A DNA stretch of 64,000 nucleotides from positions 124,001 through 188,000 of the IMG/VR virus record IMGVR_UViG_3300043436_004687; one strand, given 5' to 3'. The translations under genes and the position numbers were made by a program. Shown in pieces: positions 39,351 through 48,652 of this stretch; position 1 is the stretch's first letter; the number at the start of each line of letters is the position of its first letter. The notes under the pieces were generated by a model, which was not told the origin of the DNA, did not search any database, and worked only from the letters and a program-made list of their open reading frames with translations.

Positions 39351-42300
39351 TTATTTATTTGAATTTTCAGCAACTTTTATTTGATTAGATTCAGTAGCTT
39401 TATTTAAATTATTTGAATCAATGTTCTTTTTATTTAATATACTAAATAAATCACCTTTGTCAATATCATTTTTATATTCAACTTTATTGGTGACTTTTAT
39501 ATAATCAGCTCTAGGATCATAAATTTCAGTATTAGCAAAGAAATTATATGAAATCGCATTTTGTAATTTATTTATAGGACCTTGCAACGAATGACCACCA
39601 ATAAATTTAAAAGACATATTAATATTAGCTATCATAGGTTGTACACCAACACCTTCTGGATTTAAATCCCATTGTACTCCATTACCAGAATCAAAATCAA
39701 TATCTAAATTTTCTAAGATTATTTTGGTATGATAAAAATCACCAATTCTTAATATTAACACTGGTGCCATACCAAAAACTAAATTATTTGGGTTCCCACT
39801 TTTTTTAGTTGAACCAGCTCTGGTACATTGTTCTAGAAAATTTAATCTACTATTAAAACCTTCTGGGGTGATTGAGTGGAAAGCTGGATGAAAATATTTG
39901 ATTTTTTCACCTAAAGAATCAAAAATCACTTTATTTTCTTGTTCTAATTTTTGGAAATAGAGAGCTTCATTAAAAAATCTTGATTTAATATTATTAGCCA
40001 AATCTTGATTAGCTTTAATTTTTTCTTTTTCAGCTTGCGCTTGTATATTAGCTTCTTTTAATTTAGGATCATCTATAAAAGAAATATCAGCTCTTCTTGC
40101 TTGCTTTTTACACAAAGCATCAACTGGAGCACTATCTTTAGCACAACCAGTAACTCTTTTTCCCTCAACACTAGCGAATCTTTTTAAACCTAATAAATCA
40201 TCTGATGGTATAATATTGTTAATAAACCATTTTTTAACTTCCTCAGCTCTTGCTTTTATTAATTTGGAGTTACCATCATTATTACCATCAGTACTAGCAA
40301 ACCCACCAATATCAATTCTACAAGAAGGACAAGATTTTAAATCAGATTTTAATTTATTAATAAAAGTTTGATTATTCCATAGTTTATTTAAACCATAATC
40401 ATATTCATCAGGATACATTTCACCTACTTTTGAAGTAAAACCATCACTAGTTGTAAAATTTAAACTTAAAAATTCTGGAACAAAAACATCTCCTAATAAT
40501 TCATAATTTGGAAATTTACTCATGGAAGCGACATCATTTGGGAAATATATCGTGAAAGATTCTGGAATTATTTGTTTAGTATCTTCAATATTAGTTATCG
40601 GTACTACATTTACCACTTCAGCTTTATTTTTTTCATTTTGAGTTAAATTTTTAATTTTATCTAAATCAAAATCATAACATCCAGATGCAATACTAGCAAA
40701 TAAATCATTATTAGAATTACCTTTTAAATCGTTCATATAAGAAGCGTGGTCTATAATAACTTTAAATTGTAGGCTACCACTTCTTTCTGAATTATTATAA
40801 GTATAAACTGGTTCACCTCTACCAATAAATGAGTGTGAATCCCAATTTAATGAAGTACCTTCTGAAAAATTTAAACCATATGGTGGAAACCACATAATCC
40901 TACCCTTAGTTCCAGTTAATGGATCTCCAGGACCACGTTCACTTGGGGGTAAATCTTTATAGTCATCACCAGACCAAGCTAAATTTTCCAATGAAAACAT
41001 AAATCTTTTTATATTAACTGGTGAATCCGTGTTACTAATTACACCTTTATCATCCCCAATGTTAGGGGCAATTCTAATAAAACCATTATTATCTAAAACA
41101 GATAATTCAGTTGTTTGTCTATTTCTTAACCCAACATTGTTTTTTAAACCACTATGTTTTTGTAAATTACTAACCGTATTATATCTTTTTATTGGTGTCC
41201 AAGTTCTACAGAAAACATCTTCTGGTTCATTTGCTACCCCATCAATAGCACTTTTAGATAAAACTTGGCTACCTTTAGAAATATATCTCTCAGAACCAAC
41301 ATTAGCATAAGTAGTTATTTCACTATTACTCTCAGAACTTATTTTTTCACCATGTCCAGAAACTAAAGTTTTCATTAAATTAGAATTAAACAAAGCTTGT
41401 GTTTTACCTAATAATGTATCTTCATTGGTGAAAACACTATTAGGTAAATTTAGATTGGGTGAATTAGTTAAAGGAGATAAAGTATTTAATGTTTGGATTA
41501 AATTTATGGGTTCTTTATTTAATTTATTATCAGACCATACAAAATCACTATCACCTATTTTAAGCCCATTTAAGCTTTGAAAACCAGCTGACCTAACTAA
41601 TCCCTCATTTTTATTAATATTTTCACTTAAATGATTTAATTTATCGTTAAAATCTACAATTCCACCATTTTTATCATCATATAAATAAATGAATTCATTT
41701 ATTTTATCTTTAATTCTATCATCTTCTAACCTTATTCTATATTTATTTTGTTTAATACTTGAAAAAAGACTAGTTATTTGACCATTACCAGTGTTTTTTA
41801 TTTGAGAATCTACTCTTAATTTAGTTGTTGTTGGATTTTCATTGTAAAAAATACTTGATTCTCTTTCAAATAAATTAGATGTTGGATTTTCAAAACCTAA
41901 AATATTTAATCCGATATCCAATATTTTTTTACCAGTTGTTTTGCCAACAGTAATTGAATAGTTTGGATTTATAAAAGGATGACCAGTTAATAAACTTATT
42001 GGATTTAAATTTAATTGACCTAATGTTTCTCTTTCTATATTGGATATAGTTTTATTAGTTAGAGATTTTAATAATTGTTGACCACCAATAATACCAAGTG
42101 GTGTATCATTTATACCACCACTTGCACCTAAAATTCTACCAGCTAAAGTACTTCTTATATCAAAATTGGAATTGGTATTTAAAAGAGAACCTATAAAATT
42201 AATTGCAGTTGATGATGAACCATTAATATTTAATTCATTATTTTTATCTATATAACCTTTGTTGGTAATATATTTATTTAAATTTATTTTATTTCTAGCT

Positions 42301-42668
42301 AAATCGTTTAAAATTGAAAAATTAGAATTCTGATGTTCAGAAGCAATATAATCTGGGTATTCCAATTGAGTGGTCCCAATTGGAAGATTTCCATTAAATG
42401 GTGTTGTTTGTATGTTAATCAATTCATCTCCATTAGTTGACGAATAAACATTGTTTAATTGGTTTAAATCTAAATATAAAGGTCCATTTGTCATTATATC
42501 AACAGATGGTTGGACATTAGGTGGTAATGAATTAATATCTACTGGATAACCTAATCCAGAAGCTAAAGCAGATAATCCATTATTAGTAATTGAATCACTT
42601 AAAATTAAATTTCTATTAAGTAGAAAATCTCTAATTGAAGGCGAAAAAGAATTTATTGTATTAGACAT
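39351..42668 (-). CDS. tail/baseplate protein with inserted OmpA-like domain
   Basis: WDSHSFIGRGEPVYTYNNSERS tube-initiator-like motif; IYFPND...IGGFASTDG..NSKLIKARAEEV...RRADI OmpA-like; located after tape measure. Confidence 0.55.
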   Translation of the reverse strand: MSNTINSFSPSIRDFLLNRNLILSDSITNNGLSALASGLGYPVDINSLPPNVQPSVDIMTNGPLYLDLNQLNNVYSSTNGDELINIQTTPFNGNLPIGTTQLEYPDYIASEHQNSNFSILNDLARNKINLNKYITNKGYIDKNNELNINGSSSTAINFIGSLLNTNSNFDIRSTLAGRILGASGGINDTPLGIIGGQQLLKSLTNKTISNIERETLGQLNLNPISLLTGHPFINPNYSITVGKTTGKKILDIGLNILGFENPTSNLFERESSIFYNENPTTTKLRVDSQIKNTGNGQITSLFSSIKQNKYRIRLEDDRIKDKINEFIYLYDDKNGGIVDFNDKLNHLSENINKNEGLVRSAGFQSLNGLKIGDSDFVWSDNKLNKEPINLIQTLNTLSPLTNSPNLNLPNSVFTNEDTLLGKTQALFNSNLMKTLVSGHGEKISSESNSEITTYANVGSERYISKGSQVLSKSAIDGVANEPEDVFCRTWTPIKRYNTVSNLQKHSGLKNNVGLRNRQTTELSVLDNNGFIRIAPNIGDDKGVISNTDSPVNIKRFMFSLENLAWSGDDYKDLPPSERGPGDPLTGTKGRIMWFPPYGLNFSEGTSLNWDSHSFIGRGEPVYTYNNSERSGSLQFKVIIDHASYMNDLKGNSNNDLFASIASGCYDFDLDKIKNLTQNEKNKAEVVNVVPITNIEDTKQIIPESFTIYFPNDVASMSKFPNYELLGDVFVPEFLSLNFTTSDGFTSKVGEMYPDEYDYGLNKLWNNQTFINKLKSDLKSCPSCRIDIGGFASTDGNNDGNSKLIKARAEEVKKWFINNIIPSDDLLGLKRFASVEGKRVTGCAKDSAPVDALCKKQARRADISFIDDPKLKEANIQAQAEKEKIKANQDLANNIKSRFFNEALYFQKLEQENKVIFDSLGEKIKYFHPAFHSITPEGFNSRLNFLEQCTRAGSTKKSGNPNNLVFGMAPVLILRIGDFYHTKIILENLDIDFDSGNGVQWDLNPEGVGVQPMIANINMSFKFIGGHSLQGPINKLQNAISYNFFANTEIYDPRADYIKVTNKVEYKNDIDKGDLFSILNKKNIDSNNLNKATESNQIKVAENSNK

Positions 42669-42732
42669 AATAATAAATAGAAATTAATATTTTTTTTCAT
42701 ATATGATATAATTATTTTTATTATTATAATAT

Positions 42733-42830
42733 AATAACTAATATATAATATAATATAATAACTAATATATAATATAATATAATAACTAATATATAATATA
42801 TAATAACTAATATATAATAACTAATATATA
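42733..42830. repeat. AT-rich intergenic tandem repeat (5 x AATAACTAATATATA)
   Basis: Copies spaced 24, 24, 21 and 14 bp. Confidence 0.85.
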
Positions 42831-42888
42831 TTAATTATATAAAATAATTATTTAGATAATACGTTGCAACTAATTTTAAAAATATTTT

Positions 42889-45357
42889 TTAAACTGGGTT
42901 AGATGATAATTTACCACCACTAATATTTCTAGTTAATTCTTCTTGTATTATTTTTGTTAATGCTCTGATAAATAATGGGTCCATTAAATCAATTTTAGTA
43001 TTACCATTAGATGAATTAACATTGATATTACCTTCAAATTTTATAGGGTTTTTAAATGTAACTTCTATATCTTTGTTATTTACCCCAACGCTATTACCAA
43101 CTAATGCTTTCCCAATACCACCATCTTTTTTAAGTCCAACTAGAGTATCTGCACTACTAAATGGTATTGGATCGGCACCTGGTCTAGCTATAAAATCTTG
43201 ATTTTCTTGACCAAATACTGCATTAGCACCAACTTCACCAATTTCTGAACCACCCCATGCACCTAATGCACCACCAATTAATGCACCAATTGCAGTTCCA
43301 ATTACTGGGACAACAGAACCTAACGCAGCACCAGCCGCAGCAGCACCAGCCGCAGCACCACCCCATGCGCCTAAACCAGCACCTAAACCTTTACTCCCGC
43401 TTCTACCTAAATTCTCACCTGTTGACATTCCTTTTTGAGAATTCTCATTGTATTCAGAATATGCCGTTGTTAATCCTGCAATAGCACCACCTAATTTAAG
43501 TATAGAAGAACTTTTACCAATATTAAAATTATTTTTAAAACCACCATCTTTAGACATACCTAAATTACCCAAACCACTACTATTACCACCGCCAATAGAT
43601 GCGGTAGTATTAAACCCTTTACCTAAAAGCATTCCTCTAAATAACCAAGAAGATTCTTTAGCTAATAATGCAGTTGCACCAATAATCATAGATTTAACTG
43701 GATTATCTGAAATCCATTTAACTGCTGTTGCTGCAAATTCACCTAAATTTCTACCCCAAGTAGTTATTTTATCAATAAAACCACTTTTTTGTGCATAATC
43801 AGTAAATTTAGTTAATCCATTTGACATTGCAGTTGCAAAAGCTTCAAAACCAGGTAATAATGTAGATTTTAAAGTATTTTTCATTCCCTCCCAAGTTTCA
43901 TCGAAAGTCATGGCATTTTTTGCTCTTTCCTTAGAATCTTCTTGTTGATTTTTAATTGCCTTGATATCTAAATTTCTAAGTTTTTTCATATCGTTAATTA
44001 AAATTTCGTCACCGTTAATCTTAATAACATATTCTTTTTTCTTTTCATCAAATGTAGCTAATGAAGATAAAAATTCTTGATCACCTTTATCAAAACCTAT
44101 TAATTTATTTTTAATTCTTGAATTTTTAGCAGTTTCCTTAACCATTTGAGATAAATTCTCAAAATCCATATTGGTTGCTTTCGCTACTTCTCTTAACCTA
44201 CTCAATTCAAGTGCTGTTATCTTAAATTCACCAGTTGATTTATCAAATTCACCAGTTACATCAGTTGCGTTTATAATATCTTCTGTAAATCCTTTTAAAT
44301 CGTTTCTTGATTTATACATTAATTGGAATGGATCACCTAATTTTGACCAATTACCCCCTAATACTTGTAATTTTGCAGCAGCTTCTACAGCACCCTCAAT
44401 ATCTTGAACTCCCTCAGCAAAATTACTCACAGAATCCATATTAACTTTATATTTTAATGATAGAGCTACCATATCACCTAAACCTTTAATACCAGATTTA
44501 AAATTAAATTTATTGGCTAATTTTAAATTATCTGCTAATTTTTTTGTTGATGCACTAGCATTAACACCCATTTTATGGGCGGTATTTAACAACGTATCAA
44601 CAGTTCTCTTACTACCTTCAGCGGATATACCAAAATTATCCATATCAGCAGCAAATTGTGCGGCTCCTTCTGAACCTAAAGAAGTTCCTTTAGCTAAAGC
44701 TGCCATAGATTGATTACCAGCATCAGTAAGTTGAAGAGTTCTACCCATTTCTTCACTATAATCACCTTGCATTTTAGAAAGCATTTTAGTATCAACTCCA
44801 ATTAAATTAGTTGATAACGAAGATTTATATAGTGAATTAGCAAATGATGAGGATTGTTTAGATAAAATCCCCATGTTTAAACCAGCAACTTTAACTGCTT
44901 TTTGTTGTTCTAAATAATAGCCTAAATTTAATTTTAATTTTTGACCAGTATTAACAAGTAATTTACCCATTGTTTTTGTTGATGCAACAATTAGGTTATT
45001 TGTATTTAAAGATTCAGCGGTTATTTTTGCCTTTTCAGTGGCCAATTCAATAGCTTGTTCTGCAATAATAAGATTAGCTTTTTCTAATTTTATTTCTTTT
45101 AGAAGATTTTCATAATTTTTATTAGTTAAATAATTAGCATCTTTTTTTAATTCTTTTCTTTTTTCTTCTAAATTATATAATCTTTTTTCAATTTTAGCTT
45201 GCATTTTCTTCTCTTGAAGTAAACTTCTTTCAAGCTCTTTCATCAATCTTAAAGTTTCATAATAAGATTTTAAATCAGTTGCGGATTTTTTTTGAAGTTC
45301 AGTATATTCAATAAAACGTTGCATATCTGCAACTGATATTCCATTAACATTTTCCAT
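42889..45357 (-). CDS. tape measure protein
   Basis: 822 aa, helical Ala/Lys-rich, Gly/Ala-rich C-terminal segment, downstream of tube and chaperone genes. Confidence 0.7.
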   Translation of the reverse strand: MENVNGISVADMQRFIEYTELQKKSATDLKSYYETLRLMKELERSLLQEKKMQAKIEKRLYNLEEKRKELKKDANYLTNKNYENLLKEIKLEKANLIIAEQAIELATEKAKITAESLNTNNLIVASTKTMGKLLVNTGQKLKLNLGYYLEQQKAVKVAGLNMGILSKQSSSFANSLYKSSLSTNLIGVDTKMLSKMQGDYSEEMGRTLQLTDAGNQSMAALAKGTSLGSEGAAQFAADMDNFGISAEGSKRTVDTLLNTAHKMGVNASASTKKLADNLKLANKFNFKSGIKGLGDMVALSLKYKVNMDSVSNFAEGVQDIEGAVEAAAKLQVLGGNWSKLGDPFQLMYKSRNDLKGFTEDIINATDVTGEFDKSTGEFKITALELSRLREVAKATNMDFENLSQMVKETAKNSRIKNKLIGFDKGDQEFLSSLATFDEKKKEYVIKINGDEILINDMKKLRNLDIKAIKNQQEDSKERAKNAMTFDETWEGMKNTLKSTLLPGFEAFATAMSNGLTKFTDYAQKSGFIDKITTWGRNLGEFAATAVKWISDNPVKSMIIGATALLAKESSWLFRGMLLGKGFNTTASIGGGNSSGLGNLGMSKDGGFKNNFNIGKSSSILKLGGAIAGLTTAYSEYNENSQKGMSTGENLGRSGSKGLGAGLGAWGGAAAGAAAAGAALGSVVPVIGTAIGALIGGALGAWGGSEIGEVGANAVFGQENQDFIARPGADPIPFSSADTLVGLKKDGGIGKALVGNSVGVNNKDIEVTFKNPIKFEGNINVNSSNGNTKIDLMDPLFIRALTKIIQEELTRNISGGKLSSNPV

Positions 45358-46520
45358 TATTTATAATTAGAATCTATAATTTGTATTATACCTTCACCCA
45401 TTGGTGAAATTTCAGCTTTACCATTTTTTATTTTTCTAAAATCTACTTTTACTTGATATTCTTCTTTTTCACCTTTTTTAATTAATTTAATTAATAAAGA
45501 TTCACCCCTATTACCACTTAATCTTATAGTTTTAGAATCAGAAAAAATACCGATATATTCACCACTAGATCTTAATTTTAAAATTGTGTTAGTTTCAATA
45601 TTTTTACCAATATATTTAAATCTTACCTTTCTACCTTTAGAAAAATAAGAATTTGATAAACCTAATTTTTTAATTATTTCGGAAGCTGGTAAAACACCTT
45701 TACTCATTTGTCCCATTATTTGACCCATTAAGCTAGGTTGTTTTAGCATTAAATCTCTAAAATTTTTATTTTGCATTAAATCATCAAAAGTAGGTTCATT
45801 ATCATTAAAATATTCTGATACTGTTAAATCGATAATATTTTCAATCAAAAAATCATTATTATTTTTTGATAATCTAATTTTTAAGAAAATTCCATTATGA
45901 TTTATCCCTAACGATTTATCTTTTGAAAATAAAATATAACTCTCATCTAATTCTAAGTATTTATCACCTTCAATTTTAGTTGTACTACCTTTAACTAAAC
46001 CATCTTTTAATAAATCACTAATATGTATTTCAATACTTCCCCCATCACTATCAATTATTAATTTAGAATCCTCTTCAACAGTTTTTAAAATGTTTTTAAA
46101 GTGAATTAATTCTTTTGAATATAAACCCTCATTTTCTTTTTGTTTTTCACTATTTATCTTATCTTGTTCACTATCTAAATCTAGTTTTGATTTATAATCA
46201 CTAGTTTCTGGGATTAAATCAAATTGTAATTCACCATTCCTATATACTTTAATAACTTTTACATCATTAACGATTATATTTTTTTTATCTTTAACCCTTA
46301 AAGCTTTTATTTTATTTCCATTTAATGAGCTTTTAAATAAAATATAATTTTCACCTTCACCATGGATTGCTAATTGACCCATAGTTTTATCCAAAACCTT
46401 AAAATTAAAGTTATCATATTTAGTAATAACCGAAATTAAATCACCACTTTTAATTTCATCAAATTTATTTTCATAAATCTCTTCATTAATTAACATAACT
46501 TTATTGATATTTTTTTGCAT
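45357..46520 (-). CDS. hypothetical protein
   Basis: 387-aa ORF whose stop overlaps the tape measure start. Confidence 0.65.
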   Translation of the reverse strand: MQKNINKVMLINEEIYENKFDEIKSGDLISVITKYDNFNFKVLDKTMGQLAIHGEGENYILFKSSLNGNKIKALRVKDKKNIIVNDVKVIKVYRNGELQFDLIPETSDYKSKLDLDSEQDKINSEKQKENEGLYSKELIHFKNILKTVEEDSKLIIDSDGGSIEIHISDLLKDGLVKGSTTKIEGDKYLELDESYILFSKDKSLGINHNGIFLKIRLSKNNNDFLIENIIDLTVSEYFNDNEPTFDDLMQNKNFRDLMLKQPSLMGQIMGQMSKGVLPASEIIKKLGLSNSYFSKGRKVRFKYIGKNIETNTILKLRSSGEYIGIFSDSKTIRLSGNRGESLLIKLIKKGEKEEYQVKVDFRKIKNGKAEISPMGEGIIQIIDSNYK

Positions 46521-46571
46521 TATTCTTTCATTTATTTATAAATATATTATAAAAATAAATCCCAAACATTA

Positions 46572-46830
46572 TTAGTTTGGGATTTGATTAGTTTTTAATT
46601 TTTGTTTTAATATATCGCCAGAAATTATTTTTTTACCATCTTTATTTTTTTCATCATTTTCTTGTTTTTCCCTTTCTTTTTCTATCTTATTGGAATGCTG
46701 ATTTATATGAAATCTACGCTCCCAAGTTGGCATAGACATAATTTCACTATAAGTCAATTCTAAGTATGTAAAACAAGAATGAATTTCTTTTAATAATGGT
46801 TCTTTATATTTAGATGTCAGGCCAAAAAAA
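46572..46830 (-). CDS. probable frameshift extension of tail assembly chaperone
   Basis: Frame FFGLTSKYK...YSEIMSMPTWERRF overlaps the upstream gene end at a T7 tract; no convincing own start. Confidence 0.55.
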
Positions 46831-48006
46831 TGATGGGTTAAGGGGAAAGTAAGTTTTAATTGACTCACCTCCTGGAGTCTTAACCGTCATAGTCATATCC
46901 ATTCCACTTTCAATACCATCTATATATTTTCTTAATGCTCTAACATCCCCTAATCTCATTTTGTCAACATAATTATTAATAAATTCAGTATCAGTATTAC
47001 CATTTACAGATTTAATTTGTTTTTTAAGAATATGAGTCGATGTTTCAACAAATTCTGGCCCTAAATTAGGGTCTTTTTTAATCTTTTCAATATATTCTTC
47101 AATATCTAATTCATCACCAACTGTTAATAGTTTGAATTTAATTTCATGTTTTGTGGTTGGTAAAATAAAATCAATATAACCATTTTTATCTGTATCAACA
47201 TCTAAATAAATAATTTTTAATTTAGATAAATCAATATTAGTTTCAAATTGTTTACCAGTTTTAGGGTCAAAAACTTGAATTGGGTATTCAGTACCATAAG
47301 CTGTTGATCTTAACCAAATCATAATAGCGTTTCTATCACCTACATGCAAATCTCTATATCTTAAATCAGTATCCATCATCTTCCTATTGAATAATATTTC
47401 AAGAAATTTACCACTTTGCATTATATTTGGGTTGGTTAGAATATTTTCATCACTAGCGTTTAAATAAGCTACATTCATTGTTGATTTTTTATTCTTATAT
47501 ATTTTACCCTTAGATGGTAATGGAATAACGTCAAATGGTACATCCGCTTGTGGTTGACTTAATTTTTCGTAAATGAGTTCAAGATTCTCAATTTTTTTCA
47601 AAACTTCTTTAACTTCTTCATAAGTTGGTTGTGGAATTTCTTCATTTATTTTAAAATTATCAATAATAGGTTTTTTAGGTTGCCCATATTCTATTTCAGC
47701 TTGAAATGTAGTTTGCTCGGCTAAATCTGGTCTAACAACTAATGGTTTTTTACCATCATTTTCTTTAGTGAATTTAATCAACTCATCAGTTTTTCTTTTC
47801 ATTTCAGCAGCAGCATCTAATTCACCTTGTGAAACAATTGGTTTAGAGTTTGGTATTTCATCTTTGAATTTATCTTTCAATTCATCATATTTACCAGTTT
47901 CTTTTAATTTTTCAAATATTTGTTCATTTAGTTTCCCAGATAAAGCGTTAGCTTCAGCAATTTGTTCTGGAGTTGGGAAAACATTAGGTATTTCATTTTC
48001 TTCCAT
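46810..48006 (-). CDS. tail/baseplate hub assembly chaperone (T4 gp26-like)
   Basis: IPLPSKG, DENILT, GDRNAIMIWLRSTAYG, LLTVGDE, ends FFWPDI. Confidence 0.75.
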   Translation of the reverse strand: MEENEIPNVFPTPEQIAEANALSGKLNEQIFEKLKETGKYDELKDKFKDEIPNSKPIVSQGELDAAAEMKRKTDELIKFTKENDGKKPLVVRPDLAEQTTFQAEIEYGQPKKPIIDNFKINEEIPQPTYEEVKEVLKKIENLELIYEKLSQPQADVPFDVIPLPSKGKIYKNKKSTMNVAYLNASDENILTNPNIMQSGKFLEILFNRKMMDTDLRYRDLHVGDRNAIMIWLRSTAYGTEYPIQVFDPKTGKQFETNIDLSKLKIIYLDVDTDKNGYIDFILPTTKHEIKFKLLTVGDELDIEEYIEKIKKDPNLGPEFVETSTHILKKQIKSVNGNTDTEFINNYVDKMRLGDVRALRKYIDGIESGMDMTMTVKTPGGESIKTYFPLNPSFFWPDI

Positions 48007-48065
48007 ATAATAGTTAATTTACTTATAATGTAATATATAAATAGAAAATATAAATAATTTAAATA

Positions 48066-48098
48066 AAAAACCCACTATAAAAATTATAATGGGTTTAT
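48066..48098 (-). terminator. intrinsic terminator after tail tube
   Basis: AAACCCACTATAA-AAA-TTATAATGGGTTT hairpin with T-run on the minus strand. Confidence 0.65.
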
Positions 48099-48102
48099 TT
48101 TT

Positions 48103-48588
48103 TTAGAATACTAGAATACATCTATCTGGTCTAAGATTTATTGATATATCAGCAAGACTATCATCATCCATAGCCAAATCACCAAAATTAGCGGTTGTTA
48201 TCATAGTTCCTTGTAAAACCCATTTTTCAACCACTACACCAGTAGGGTCTAAAAGGTCTAATTCAACATCTTTTTTATAACCAGCTGCGTAACCTTGTCT
48301 ACCCGTTATAGATTCAGAGTGTAAACGAACCCATTCCATAATTGCTTGTGAAGCTGATGGTCCAATCGGGTCTCTAAGAACAACATCAATAGCTTCCCAA
48401 GTAAATCTACCCACTACCCAAGTAGAAGTATTTAAAAATGGAATTTCTACTTCATTTTGCGTTATTGTTGGCCTAGCTGCACTTGATAACCACCATTCTT
48501 GAATCCCTAAATCCGCTGGAAACCTCAATAACCATCTATTTTTACGTTTTGGTTCGTTGGTGAATGCGATAGGTGTTATTAAATCCAT
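48103..48588 (-). CDS. tail tube protein (T4 gp19-like)
   Basis: EPKRKNRW, ARP, GRFTW, YKKD, DPTGVVVEKW; directly after sheath. Confidence 0.88.
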   Translation of the reverse strand: MDLITPIAFTNEPKRKNRWLLRFPADLGIQEWWLSSAARPTITQNEVEIPFLNTSTWVVGRFTWEAIDVVLRDPIGPSASQAIMEWVRLHSESITGRQGYAAGYKKDVELDLLDPTGVVVEKWVLQGTMITTANFGDLAMDDDSLADISINLRPDRCILVF

Positions 48589-48652
48589 ATTTTATATATT
48601 TTTTATTTTAATGTTATGTTTAATTATAAATATCTATTTAATATTTATTTTA

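Noticed and set aside
42733-42830. CRISPR array
   Set aside because: Repeats are 15 bp with 0-9 bp low-complexity spacers, and no cas genes are present.
43325-43360. Short GCAGCACCAGCC duplication in tape measure
   Set aside because: Ordinary in-frame slippage in a Gly/Ala-rich segment.
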